This document shows positions 17,722 to 27,615 of a DNA stretch of 64,000 nt, piece by piece; position 1 is the stretch's first letter, and every line of letters begins with the position of its first letter. The stretch spans positions 480,001-544,000 of the forward strand of contig OY764265.1 of NCBI GenBank assembly GCA_963668355.1. The letters run 5' to 3'. The translations under genes were made by a program, and so were the position numbers. The notes beneath the pieces are model-generated. The model was not told the origin of the DNA. It ran no database searches and was given only the letters and a program-made list of their open reading frames with translations. The stretch comes from Bdellovibrionota bacterium. GTDB taxonomy: Bacteria; Bdellovibrionota_G; JALEGL01; DATDPG01.

Positions 17722-18887
17722 TGCGGACCTGGAAGAAAAAGCTTCAACAAGGCTCCATCGCCATGGTGATGGTCTTGGTCACGTTAGCTCTTGTCACTTC
17801 TGTGGTGTTAGAGGTCATGTCCTTTTCACAAGTTTCTGCCACGGTGGTTTCCAACCATCGAGATGCTGAAAAAGCCTATCAATTGGCCAGAGCCGCTGTG
17901 AGATGGTCGTTCTTTCGTCTCCAACTCGATTCTTCCTTGGACCGAATTCCAGCCATCCCCGGCACCAACTATGGCGGAAAGAAAGACGACTTGTCGGAGT
18001 TCCAATGGGCCGTCTCCATTCCCTACCCCTTTAACTTTGGCGTTCCCACTGAGGAAGAGGCCGTTTCCGAAACGTTCGCGCCCGAAGGCATCGACATTGG
18101 AGGTACCTTTACCTCCACGTTGTATGATGAGTCGGCCAAAATCAACATCAATGATGTCCTTTCAGCTGGAATTGCTGGAAGAAAGCAATGGTCAGCGGCC
18201 ACAGAGATTTTTGAAAACCTCCTGGTCTCCTTGCGTTTCCAGCCCTATTTCAAAAACAAAGACCACCGAGAACTTTTATGGGCCATTGATGATTGGACGG
18301 ACAGTGACAGTCAGGTCAACCATTTGGGGGGTGGCATTGAAGACATCGAATATCAGGATGAAAACAATTCAAATATTGGTGTAAAAAACGGCCCCTTTTA
18401 TTCGGTGGAAGAACTTCGCCTGCTCAAACCCATGAAGGAGGAGTTGTTCCAAGAACTCAAACCGTTCATCACCGTTTACCCTTTCAATGCACAGCTCCCG
18501 AGAATGTCCACGATGCTTCCCACCCCCCTGGGGAAAATCAATGTCAACACGGCTCCTCTGGAATTGATTGCGGCACTCTTTTCGCGTGCGGTCATGCCTG
18601 AAGAACAAAGTCGCCTGCAATGTGCACAAACTGTTGCGCAATACCGACAGAACATCGCTTTTCGGTCGAAGAATGAGTTCATTCGCGTGGTTCAAGAAAG
18701 CTGCAATGTGGGAGGCTCTCAAGCCAGTGCATTTTCTTCTGGGGTTAAGGGGATTCTTTCCGTTCGATCGGATTTGTTTTCGATAGAGGCTATTGGCATG
18801 GCTGGAAAAATGGAAAAAACCATCCATGCCGTAGTGTCTCGCCAGCGGGCCAATAAGCCCCAAATATTTTTCTGGAAGGTGATTTGA
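17721..18887 (+). CDS. gspK: Minor pseudopilin GspK
   Basis: G|SIAMVMVL (no E5), DESAKININ, DWTDSD, KNGPFYSVEEL, KINVNTAP. Confidence 0.92.
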   Translation: MRTWKKKLQQGSIAMVMVLVTLALVTSVVLEVMSFSQVSATVVSNHRDAEKAYQLARAAVRWSFFRLQLDSSLDRIPAIPGTNYGGKKDDLSEFQWAVSIPYPFNFGVPTEEEAVSETFAPEGIDIGGTFTSTLYDESAKININDVLSAGIAGRKQWSAATEIFENLLVSLRFQPYFKNKDHRELLWAIDDWTDSDSQVNHLGGGIEDIEYQDENNSNIGVKNGPFYSVEELRLLKPMKEELFQELKPFITVYPFNAQLPRMSTMLPTPLGKINVNTAPLELIAALFSRAVMPEEQSRLQCAQTVAQYRQNIAFRSKNEFIRVVQESCNVGGSQASAFSSGVKGILSVRSDLFSIEAIGMAGKMEKTIHAVVSRQRANKPQIFFWKVI

Positions 18888-20548
18888 TGCCACAAAGATT
18901 ATTAGGGTTAGACATCGGTTCGTATTCTGTGAAGGGAGCGTTATATGACGTGACCTTCCGCACGCATGAACTCACCGATTTGTTTGAATCCACGCCTCTT
19001 CGCTTGGAAGAAGTGGATGACCAAGACCGAAGTGTGATCATTACGGAAGCCATTACCCGCTTAATTGAGGAGCATCACATTCAAGCCGCAGGAGTGGTGA
19101 CCGCCCTTCCCGGAACATCGGTTTCGACACGCATTCTTTCCCTTCCGCTTCAGGAGCGTCAGGTCGAAAAAGTATTGCCCTTTGAATTGGAATCGGTTCT
19201 TCCTTTCGCTCTCAACGACATCGTGGTGGACCATCACGCCATCCTCCCCGAAAAAACCCGAACTGTCTGCCTCGCTGCGGCCATTCAAAAATCATCCATC
19301 GCGGAGCATCTCGCCCTTCTCCGATCGGCCGAACTGGAACCTGCATTCGTCGGCCTGGATTCACTCTTCCTATACAATCTGAATCAACTGGAAAATGTGG
19401 ATGATGAGAAAGCCACGGCTTTTGTAGATGTCGGGCATGAAAAGACATCCATTTGCATCATCGCCGAAGGAAAACCTCGATATGTCCGAACACTTTTTTC
19501 TGCGGGATCCGTTTTCACAGAGGTCTTACGGGAAAAACTCGACCTTACTTGGGAACAAGCGGTTGAGGTTAAACACACCCACTCCATCCTTGAGTTACCG
19601 GATCAACCCTTGCGAAGCTCAGATTTACAGAAAGTTTCGACGGCGCTGAGGACTTGCGTAGATCCTCTGATCAAAGACATTCTGCAAACATTCCATGCGT
19701 ATCGTGGGCAATACACCAATTTTTCGATGAACGCCCCTCAAGTAGAAAAAATCATTCTATCCGGGGGCGGATCCCTCATTCGAAATTTTGCCGAACATCT
19801 CTCTCACCTCACCAAGTTGCCGGTTCAGCGAGTCCATATTTTCCCAGAGGGACACGAAGCCTCGGTCAAACTGGGAAAACGCGAACCTGTTTTTGCCCAA
19901 GCAGTGGCCTTGGGATTGCGCGCGGCATCGCGAGGGCCAAACGCCAATCGGATTGCCTCTCTGAACTTTCGAAAAGGCGAATTCGCTTTTGCGCGCGATT
20001 TGAGCGACATCAAAAACAAGGCCTTCTTCTTTGGCTCATGGGTTTTGGCGATTTTCATCGCGGCCCTCCTTCATGTGGGGTTTTCGTATCACAACCTCTC
20101 CCAAGAGCATGCTCAAGTCGATCAAAAGGCCATCAAAGCCTTTAAGGAGATTGTTCCCGATTTTAAACCAGCCCCTCGAAAGGCTTCAGAAGCTCTTCGT
20201 CTATTGAACGCGAAAATTGCAGAGTTTCGACGAAAACAAGAAATTCTCACTTCGGGCCTGAAAGACACAACCGCCCTAGGCATTCTCCGGGAGATTTCGA
20301 AACAAATTCCAGACTCCGTAGCGTTGGACACCCAAGAGCTTTCCATTGAGCGAAATAAAGTCACACTTCGTGCGCACGCAGATTCTTTTGCGGCCGTGGA
20401 CACCATCATTTCGGCTCTCAAAAAATATCCTTCATTCCAATCCATCACAAAAGGAGACATTCGTGAGGCCCCCGGGGGCAAGAAGTCCTTTCAGTTGGTG
20501 ATCACGATCGGAGATGAAGACAACGAACAACCCAGGAGACGACGATGA
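18887..20548 (+). CDS. gspL: GspL (PilM-like cytoplasmic domain + PilN-like periplasmic domain)
   Basis: LGLDIGSYSVK, VDVGHEKT, ILSGGGS, LNFRKGEF, then one TM. Confidence 0.88.
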   Translation: MPQRLLGLDIGSYSVKGALYDVTFRTHELTDLFESTPLRLEEVDDQDRSVIITEAITRLIEEHHIQAAGVVTALPGTSVSTRILSLPLQERQVEKVLPFELESVLPFALNDIVVDHHAILPEKTRTVCLAAAIQKSSIAEHLALLRSAELEPAFVGLDSLFLYNLNQLENVDDEKATAFVDVGHEKTSICIIAEGKPRYVRTLFSAGSVFTEVLREKLDLTWEQAVEVKHTHSILELPDQPLRSSDLQKVSTALRTCVDPLIKDILQTFHAYRGQYTNFSMNAPQVEKIILSGGGSLIRNFAEHLSHLTKLPVQRVHIFPEGHEASVKLGKREPVFAQAVALGLRAASRGPNANRIASLNFRKGEFAFARDLSDIKNKAFFFGSWVLAIFIAALLHVGFSYHNLSQEHAQVDQKAIKAFKEIVPDFKPAPRKASEALRLLNAKIAEFRRKQEILTSGLKDTTALGILREISKQIPDSVALDTQELSIERNKVTLRAHADSFAAVDTIISALKKYPSFQSITKGDIREAPGGKKSFQLVITIGDEDNEQPRRRR

Positions 20549-21129
20549 AGATTTCAATGCAAAGCTGGAAAGAAGTCGTAGGACAATTGCATGTTCTTCG
20601 AACCTACTACGCCCGCCTTTCAGAGCGAGAGCGAATCATTGTGTTGGCATCAGTCGGAGCTGCCATCATCTTTGTCATGGCATTGATTTATTCGACCTTG
20701 CTGGCCACAACATCCCGCATGGAACGAAGAATTGAAAAGTCACGCGAGTACCTCACCCAGATTCACAAACTTCGGAAAGAATACCAAAAAACGGAAACGC
20801 AAATTCAACAGTTCGATCAAATGATTCAGCGAACCTCCTCCGGATTTCAACTGGGTACTCACTTGGAACGACTGGCTCAAAGAAATGGCGTCAGCATCGA
20901 CTCTCTCAAAGATCAGCCGGCCCCCAAGAACGAACTCTACAATGAAACACAAGTTTCAGTTTCTGTTCGGCAAGTTACACTTCGAACACTGATTGACCTC
21001 CTCCACGAGATTGAAAATTCACGTGAGTTATTGCGCATCACCTCCATACAAGTGAAGCCCAATTTTCAAGATCCCACGCAACTCAACGCAAAGTTTACGG
21101 TATCCACTTTTAGCCCGGTAAAAAGCTGA
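20545..21129 (+). CDS. gspM: Type II secretion protein GspM
   Basis: LSERER followed by TM, coiled coil and ferredoxin-like C-terminus. Confidence 0.85.
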   Translation: MKISMQSWKEVVGQLHVLRTYYARLSERERIIVLASVGAAIIFVMALIYSTLLATTSRMERRIEKSREYLTQIHKLRKEYQKTETQIQQFDQMIQRTSSGFQLGTHLERLAQRNGVSIDSLKDQPAPKNELYNETQVSVSVRQVTLRTLIDLLHEIENSRELLRITSIQVKPNFQDPTQLNAKFTVSTFSPVKS

Positions 21130-22076
21130 TGAAATTCTTACCTTCCAAAAAAACGTTTCGAGCCTTTTCCAAGTATTTTCTCTTTGGATCCGCGGTGTTT
21201 GCCGTGGGCTTGGTCTGGAATTTTCCTTTGGAGAAAATCAGCCAGACGTTCACCCAACGTCTCGCAAAACAGACTGGATATGAATTCACTATGGACACAC
21301 TGGATCCGGCGCTTCCCATTGGTTTCAAGGCCACCGACTTTCAAGTGGAGGGTCTCCAAAAAGACCCGTTGGTTTTTTCCAATATGCGTCTGACGGTCTC
21401 TCCCCTTTCTCTTCTGACCTATCCCTTCAAAAAAAGTCTAAACGTGTCGTATGTGGCCGAAAAAAATAAGACCGAATGGACCGGGTCCATTGCGATGGGT
21501 CCGGAGCTTTTGGCGGGTGACATCAGCACAGAAGATTGGCGATTGAATGAGGAGTTCCCATTGGACAAAGCCAACCCGATGTTGGCGGGAATGTTCTTGA
21601 AGGCTAAGGCGCAAATTGCCGCAAATTCCGCATTGGAGGGAGAAACAAAAGCCATTCAAAAAGGCGATCTTTCCAAGGCCAACGGGGACTTTCATGTCAT
21701 TGCCACAAAAACGATTCTGGATGTTCCGATGCTGAAAAAAGATTTTCGCATGACCACAAAACAAATTCGCTTTGACAAAGTGGAAGCCAAAGGGACACTA
21801 AAAGAGGGTAAACTTACAATTGAATCCATTTCATTGATGGGTCCGGACATCACAGGTACCGCCAATGGGAAAATCACTTTGTCGCCTTACTTTCCACGGA
21901 GCCGCCTTGAACTCGAAGCCAAATTAAAACTTTCCGAAAAAGCAGCAGACATCCGCTCCTTGATCGATAGTTTTGGAAGTGCCTTAAACCTGCGTGTCAG
22001 CGACGACGGCACCATGGCCTTTAAAGTCACGGGGCCCGTAACACCCGTCGATCGATGGCGCGTTAGAGGATATTAG
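21129..22076 (+). CDS. gspN: Type II secretion protein GspN
   Basis: N-terminal TM ending NFP, beta-rich body, last gene of the gsp operon. Confidence 0.78.
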   Translation: MKFLPSKKTFRAFSKYFLFGSAVFAVGLVWNFPLEKISQTFTQRLAKQTGYEFTMDTLDPALPIGFKATDFQVEGLQKDPLVFSNMRLTVSPLSLLTYPFKKSLNVSYVAEKNKTEWTGSIAMGPELLAGDISTEDWRLNEEFPLDKANPMLAGMFLKAKAQIAANSALEGETKAIQKGDLSKANGDFHVIATKTILDVPMLKKDFRMTTKQIRFDKVEAKGTLKEGKLTIESISLMGPDITGTANGKITLSPYFPRSRLELEAKLKLSEKAADIRSLIDSFGSALNLRVSDDGTMAFKVTGPVTPVDRWRVRGY

Positions 22077-23511
22077 AAGGTTGTTTTAAAAACTCGTCGA
22101 TTCCTTCAAAGAGGGTTTTGCGTTCTTTCTCTGAAGTAAAGGGATTTAACAGAACCGCACGTAACCATCTTCGATCACGATACAGAGGAAGAGATAAATA
22201 AATTTGTTTTTCCTGCAAAAGGAATTCTTGCAGACGACGATTGGCCTCATCCAATTGGACTTCGGAGAATTCATCCGACGCAAAACGAAACAAGAGAATA
22301 TTGATTTCTGGTTCGGTGGCCAATTCCAATTGAGGACGAGATTGAATCTCTTTGAGATATTCTTGTGTCAACTCAAGACTATGGTTCACAAGCTCAGCAC
22401 ACCCTTCAGAGCCAAAATGTTGTAGGGTCAACCATAGTTTCAGGACATCGACATGTCGTGTCCCCTGAACGCTGATCTCTCCGCGATTGACGGCCTCTCC
22501 ACCATCTTGCATGTACGGCAGCGAAATTCGAAAGAACTTCTCCAACATATTTCCATCTCGAAACAAAACCATGGCTGAAGATTTCGTTACATAGAGCCAT
22601 TTTTGAGGATTGAACGTGACAGAGTCCGCCATTTCGATGCCGTCCATTTTTTCGCGATGCTGCTCAGAAAACGTGAGGGCCCCTCCGTAGGCGGCATCCA
22701 CATGAAACCAAATATGGTGGTCTCGAGCGATGTTCCCAATGGCCCTTAAGGGATCGATATTTCCCGTGGAGGTCGTACCCACCATTCCCACAACCGCGAA
22801 GGGATGATCTCCCTGAACTTCGGCCCGCTCCACGGCCAATTGCAATTGTCCACAATCCAATTTGCCTTGTTTGTCTACGGGGATGGAAATCACCGAGTTC
22901 GTGCCCAATCCCAAGAGCATGGCAGCTTTTTGAATCGATGTGTGAGCCAATTCCGACGCAAAAATGACCGGTCGACGACGCGTTTCATAGAGTCCGTACT
23001 TGAACGTGCCGAGATATTTGTTCCGAGCCACGGCCAAAGCTTGAAGGTTGGCTAAGCTTCCTCCGCTGAGCATAACGCCCTTGCTCTGGGAAGGCAGACC
23101 CAGAAGACTCCCAATATGGGCGAGAAGACGATCTTCCAATTCCGTAAACACCGGCGATAATTCCCGGCTGAGCATATTGTTATTGAGCAATCCCGCTGAG
23201 AAATCCGCCGCGACCGAAATCGCACTCGGAAGCGAATCCATATGTGCCACATAGCCTGGATTCGCCATATTCGCGGACGCGTGAAGCATTTTTTGAAGTT
23301 CGGAAAGCAATTCCTCGGAACTTCGGCCTTGCTTCGGAGTTTCGATTTGAAAGCGCATCGAGGGGCCTTCCCGGAAAGGAGAACGTTCGGTCGCTTGCGA
23401 GCCAAAATTCAACAAAAGCTCAGAAACCCCCTCAAACAACCGCTCAATTTCCTCACGATTGCTTCCATCCGGGTGCAAAAAAGCGTTCTTGGGCAAGTTC
23501 TTCAATGTCAT
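22063..23511 (-). CDS. Group II PLP-dependent amino-acid decarboxylase
   Basis: SGGSLANLQAL, AHTSIQKAA, GTTSTGNIDPL, HVDAAYGG, DSVTFNPQKWL. ATG 23511 likely; substrate not assignable. Confidence 0.92.
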   Translation of the reverse strand: MTLKNLPKNAFLHPDGSNREEIERLFEGVSELLLNFGSQATERSPFREGPSMRFQIETPKQGRSSEELLSELQKMLHASANMANPGYVAHMDSLPSAISVAADFSAGLLNNNMLSRELSPVFTELEDRLLAHIGSLLGLPSQSKGVMLSGGSLANLQALAVARNKYLGTFKYGLYETRRRPVIFASELAHTSIQKAAMLLGLGTNSVISIPVDKQGKLDCGQLQLAVERAEVQGDHPFAVVGMVGTTSTGNIDPLRAIGNIARDHHIWFHVDAAYGGALTFSEQHREKMDGIEMADSVTFNPQKWLYVTKSSAMVLFRDGNMLEKFFRISLPYMQDGGEAVNRGEISVQGTRHVDVLKLWLTLQHFGSEGCAELVNHSLELTQEYLKEIQSRPQLELATEPEINILLFRFASDEFSEVQLDEANRRLQEFLLQEKQIYLSLPLYRDRRWLRAVLLNPFTSEKERKTLFEGIDEFLKQPSNIL

Positions 23512-23622
23512 AAAAAAACCCCCCATACTAAGAAGGCCTCCAGGAGGCAAGAAAGAGATGCACAATTTGGCATAACAAGCCAATATTGTTGAATTTTACA
23601 GTGCTCCGTCTATGCTAAAGAC

Positions 23623-25140
23623 GTGTTTTCCGAGGATTCATCCAGCCCCGGGGGAGCTCAACCCCGAAACAGTACACGCGTACCTCTTGAAACCCAGGTC
23701 AATCTGGAATTCGAGAAGTTCAGTGGGTTCATTTCTGAATATTCTTCGAATATCTCCCAAGGGGGGATCTTCATCCGAACCCAAGAACCCAAAAAAGTGG
23801 GGACCATTCTGAGCTTTGAGTTCAAGCTACGAGACAATTTCAAGCTCATTCAAGGCTTGGGAGAAGTGGCCTGGATTCGAACTGAAGATCAAGGCCCCAG
23901 CCGACCCGCCGGAATGGGAATACGGTTTCACGAATTGGACGAACGCAGTCGGGAACTTATTACCACCATGGTGGACAATTACATCAAAGGGGGAGGTCAA
24001 CCCTTCGATTTGGATGAACCCACGACGACACCCAACGATTCTCCTTCTTCGGCTCCCATTCCCCCAAAAAACAATCCTGTTGAAGAATCCACACCTCCAC
24101 CCCCAGTTACGGACTCGGTTGAAGAAGATTTCCAAGCATTGTTTGCGCAAGACAATGAGGTTCCGGAAAGCAATACGGAGCCCATTCCTTCCGTAACGGA
24201 GACACCTCCCATTGTACCGGAGCAACCTCCGTCTATGGAGAAAACCGAAGTTTCGGAAATGTTTGTGGAGATGCCCGATCCAGAGCCCTCTCCTGAACCT
24301 CACGATGAAAGTCCTTTGGAAGAAGTGGAATCTCCTGAGGCCTTTTCACTCGCCAATCACCTGGAAGGCGATTCGCCCATCCTAGAAGATGAAGTGACTC
24401 CTACGAGAAATAAGAAGAAACCTCTGGTTCTCGGAGGGATTGCTCTGCTGGTTTGTGGTTTGGCCTATCTCATTGCCGGACCTCTTCTGGGTTTATTCGG
24501 CTCCGATTCCCCGGAGCGCGTGCCCCAGGTGGCTCAAAAAGCGTCAAAAACGCCCCCCAAAAACCAAGCCACAAAGACTAAAGCACCTTCCAGCGAACCG
24601 AAAGAGATCGTTCCGACGGTTGTACCTACCGCCGTTCCGACAACAGCTCCAACAACGGTTCCGACAACTGCACCCACAGTTTCTCCTACAGTTGCCCCAA
24701 CGGCGACACCTATTCCTACTCCTGTGCCCTCCCCGGTTCCCACGGTGAAACCACAAAAGGCGACTCCAGCGTTACCTGTAGCCCGACCGAGGATCATTGG
24801 GTCCGGAACATTGTCGAAAATTGATCACATTACGTGGGAGAAGAAGGGAAATCGAACATTCTTATCCATTTGGGGAAATGCTCCCATCCGAGAAGAGGCC
24901 TATCGTCGCATTCGACTTTCCGGAAAAAACCCTCGTGAAGTGATAAAAATTCTTGGCGTTCAGGCTCCTTTTTCCAAAGGAAACTTAACGGTTGGGAATT
25001 CGGAATTGAGTCGCATTCGAACCGGGCATCACTCTGGAAATGAGCTACACATCGTTTTGGATCTGGCGGGCTCAAACATCCAGGTATTACGTACCTCTAA
25101 AACCAAAAATAAAATCACACTGACTCTGGGCGCAAAATAA
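23623..25140 (+). CDS. PilZ (TIGR02266-like) - TM - Pro/Thr repeats - AMIN-like domain protein
   Basis: RNSTR (RxxxR), NISQGG (D/NxSxxG), PAGMGIRF; TM near aa 267-292; C-terminal PREVIKI..RIRTGHH..LHIVLDL. Confidence 0.8.
   Translation: MFSEDSSSPGGAQPRNSTRVPLETQVNLEFEKFSGFISEYSSNISQGGIFIRTQEPKKVGTILSFEFKLRDNFKLIQGLGEVAWIRTEDQGPSRPAGMGIRFHELDERSRELITTMVDNYIKGGGQPFDLDEPTTTPNDSPSSAPIPPKNNPVEESTPPPPVTDSVEEDFQALFAQDNEVPESNTEPIPSVTETPPIVPEQPPSMEKTEVSEMFVEMPDPEPSPEPHDESPLEEVESPEAFSLANHLEGDSPILEDEVTPTRNKKKPLVLGGIALLVCGLAYLIAGPLLGLFGSDSPERVPQVAQKASKTPPKNQATKTKAPSSEPKEIVPTVVPTAVPTTAPTTVPTTAPTVSPTVAPTATPIPTPVPSPVPTVKPQKATPALPVARPRIIGSGTLSKIDHITWEKKGNRTFLSIWGNAPIREEAYRRIRLSGKNPREVIKILGVQAPFSKGNLTVGNSELSRIRTGHHSGNELHIVLDLAGSNIQVLRTSKTKNKITLTLGAK
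24610..24747 (+). repeat. Coding xPTx tetrapeptide repeats (12-bp period)
   Basis: VPTVVPTAVPTTAPTTVPTTAPTVSPTVAPTATPIPTPVPSPVPTV. Confidence 0.8.
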
Positions 25141-25186
25141 ATCCATTTCGGGTTGTCTTTCTTAAGGTGTCGAGGGAAGATATTGA

Positions 25187-25558
25187 GTGATGTCGGCTGA
25201 AACCAGACGAATTCTCATCGTGGACGACGAACCCCTCTCAAGCGACCCCATGAAAATCATGCTCGAAAAAGAAGGGTTTCAAGTTGATACTGCCCTGGAC
25301 GGATTGGAAGCCCAAAAAAAGTTTTCAGAAAACACATACGATCTTGTGGTCACAGATCTTGGCATTCCCTTTCTGGATGGCATTCGACTGATGGAGTGGA
25401 TTAAAGAAACCCGTTCCGTTCCGGTAATCTTAATGACTGGCTTCGCAGAGTATCTTTCGGAAGAGGCTGCCCATGAAATCGGCGCCGATGGATACTTACT
25501 GAAACCCTTTTCGCTCAAACAAGCCCGAAAAATCGTCCAAACGTGTTTTAGTTTTTAA
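25187..25558 (+). CDS. Single-domain response regulator (CheY-like)
   Basis: ILIVDDE, VTDLGIP..DG, MTG, KPF. Confidence 0.92.
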   Translation: MMSAETRRILIVDDEPLSSDPMKIMLEKEGFQVDTALDGLEAQKKFSENTYDLVVTDLGIPFLDGIRLMEWIKETRSVPVILMTGFAEYLSEEAAHEIGADGYLLKPFSLKQARKIVQTCFSF

Positions 25559-25631
25559 AAGTTGAATGAATCATTCATGACGTGTCCGGCTTCGCCGGGA
25601 CAATTTTCGCTCGGTATCACCTCGCGAAAAT

Positions 25632-25706
25632 TGGAGGCGACGGCCAGGGTCGAACTGGCGAATGGCGGTTTTGCAGACCGCTCCCTTACCACTTGGGTAC
25701 GTCGCC
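25632..25706 (-). tRNA. tRNA-Cys(GCA)
   Basis: GGCGACG acceptor stem, anticodon arm GCGGT-CTGCAAA-ACCGC, GTTCGAC T-loop, discriminator T plus encoded CCA. Confidence 0.96.
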
Positions 25707-25719
25707 TCGCGAACATGCA

Positions 25720-25748
25720 GTATTAGTCCTTGTGGCTGGAAATGACAA
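25720..25748 (-). promoter_or_regulatory. Sigma70-type promoter of tRNA-Cys
   Basis: TTGTCA-17 bp-TAATAC on the minus strand. Confidence 0.6.
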
Positions 25749-25781
25749 GTCTTGAATGCGAACGAAGCGATTCCTGAGCGA

Positions 25782-27611
25782 TCACTCAACCGTTACGGAC
25801 TTGGCCAAGTTCCTTGGCTGATCCACGTCGGTACCCCGCTTATCCGCGACATGATAGGCAAGCAGCTGCATCGGAATGGTTTCAACAATGGGGCGAATAA
25901 TTTCCGGAACCTCTGGCATTTCGATGGTTCGATGCGCCACATTTTTCAAAAGTTCATCGCCTTCTTTCACCAATGCAATGACTTTGGCTCCCCGAGCCGA
26001 AACTTCTTCAATATTCGAAAGCATCTTTGAATAGGTCACTCCCCCCGTGGCCAAGGCAACCACAGGCATTTTCTCGTCAATGAGCGCGATTGGGCCGTGT
26101 TTAATTTCCCCCCCTGCATATCCTTCAGCGTGAATATAGGAAATTTCTTTGAGTTTGAGAGCCCCTTCCAAGGCAACTGGAAAACTGGGACCTCTTCCCA
26201 AGTAGAGAAAGTCTCTGGCATTCATAAATTCTTGCGCAAGCTTTTCAACCTCTTCGTTGGAATCCAACGCGCGCTCGATGGAGGACGGCAATTCAATCAA
26301 GGCATGAATTTGAGTCTGAAGGCTCTCATCATTCAAGAAATTTCGCCTCTTGGCGAAATAGAGGGCGAGCATCGCCAGCGCAGCCAGTTGCGTTGTAAAA
26401 GCTTTGGTTGATGCCACGCCAATCTCGGGGCCTGCATGCGTGTACAATACATTGGTCGATTTCCGGGCGATGGAACTTTCAATGACATTGCAAATGGACA
26501 AATCTTGGGCGCCAAGACGCTTGGCTTCTTCCAATGCCGCCAACGTATCGGCGGTCTCTCCAGATTGCGAAATGGTGATCAACAATGTGTGATCATTCAC
26601 AATGGGTTTCCGATAACGAAATTCGGAAGCCAAATCGACCTCTACCGGTAATCCGGAAAAATCTTCAAACCAATGTTTCCCGACCAAGGCGGCATGATAA
26701 GACGTTCCACAAGCGACGATCATGACGCGTTGGATCTGCTCAATTTGTTCCTGTGAGTACGAAATCTCATCCAAAACAATTTCGTTTCTGCTTTCAATCA
26801 CTCGACTCCGAAGCGTGTCGGTTAAAGCACGAGGTTGCTCAAAGATTTCTTTGAGCATGAAATGCTTATAGCCCTCTTTTTCCGCCATCACACGAGACCA
26901 AGTAATCTTCCGAGGTTGTCGGACTCTCTCATTCCCCTCGAAATCAGTCACTTTCCAAGAATCTCGCGTCACAATGGCCATCTCACCATCATCCAACACC
27001 ACCACATTTCGGGTATGTTTGAGGAGGGCTGGAATATCCGATGCGATAAAATTCTCTCCTTCTCCAATGCCCAAAATCAAGGGACTGGCATTTTTGGCCG
27101 CTACAATTTTGTCCGGCTCAGATGCAGAGAAGACCACCACCGCAAACGTTCCTTGGACTTTTCTCAATGCATTTCGAACGGCCTCCTCCAATGAATCGTG
27201 ATCTTTTAAAAAATCCTCAACCAAGAAAGGAACAATTTCCGTGTCGGTTTCGGAGGTAAATTCAAACCCCTTCTTCAATAATTGTTCTCGCAATTCCATA
27301 TGATTTTCGATGATGCCGTTGTGAACCACGACAACGTTTTCCGAACGATGTGGATGCGCGTTTTCATCCGAAGGTTTTCCATGGGTGGCCCATCGCGTAT
27401 GCCCAATGCCAATGGAACCGCTGACTGGACATTCGTCCAAACGACTTTTTAGAACTTCCAATTTCCCTTTGGCCCGAACGACTTCGATATGGGCACGGTC
27501 ATAAACAGCGACCCCTGCAGAGTCATATCCTCGGTATTCCAGTTTTTGGAGGCCTTCGACCAAAATATCGGAGGCCGATTGAGCTCCAACATATCCCATG
27601 ATTCCACACAT
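25782..27611 (-). CDS. glmS: Glutamine-fructose-6-phosphate transaminase (isomerizing)
   Basis: MCGIMG, LEYRGYDSAG, GHTRWATHG, SQSGETADT, QPRNLAKSVTVE. Confidence 0.98.
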   Translation of the reverse strand: MCGIMGYVGAQSASDILVEGLQKLEYRGYDSAGVAVYDRAHIEVVRAKGKLEVLKSRLDECPVSGSIGIGHTRWATHGKPSDENAHPHRSENVVVVHNGIIENHMELREQLLKKGFEFTSETDTEIVPFLVEDFLKDHDSLEEAVRNALRKVQGTFAVVVFSASEPDKIVAAKNASPLILGIGEGENFIASDIPALLKHTRNVVVLDDGEMAIVTRDSWKVTDFEGNERVRQPRKITWSRVMAEKEGYKHFMLKEIFEQPRALTDTLRSRVIESRNEIVLDEISYSQEQIEQIQRVMIVACGTSYHAALVGKHWFEDFSGLPVEVDLASEFRYRKPIVNDHTLLITISQSGETADTLAALEEAKRLGAQDLSICNVIESSIARKSTNVLYTHAGPEIGVASTKAFTTQLAALAMLALYFAKRRNFLNDESLQTQIHALIELPSSIERALDSNEEVEKLAQEFMNARDFLYLGRGPSFPVALEGALKLKEISYIHAEGYAGGEIKHGPIALIDEKMPVVALATGGVTYSKMLSNIEEVSARGAKVIALVKEGDELLKNVAHRTIEMPEVPEIIRPIVETIPMQLLAYHVADKRGTDVDQPRNLAKSVTVE

Positions 27612-27615
27612 TTTT

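Noticed and set aside
21129..22076. Missing gspO/gspS as a sign of a defective T2SS
   Set aside because: The prepilin peptidase is often shared and encoded elsewhere, and all gsp ORFs here are intact.
24610..24747. Periodic repeats as a CRISPR array or VNTR
   Set aside because: They are in-frame Pro/Thr codon repeats with varied third positions, no spacers and no cas genes.
25632..25706. tRNA-Cys or tRNA-Gln as an occupied island attachment site
   Set aside because: No integrase, no duplicated tRNA 3' end, and the flanking genes are housekeeping or signalling genes.
27612..27615. glmS ribozyme
   Set aside because: Only 4 nt separate glmU and glmS.
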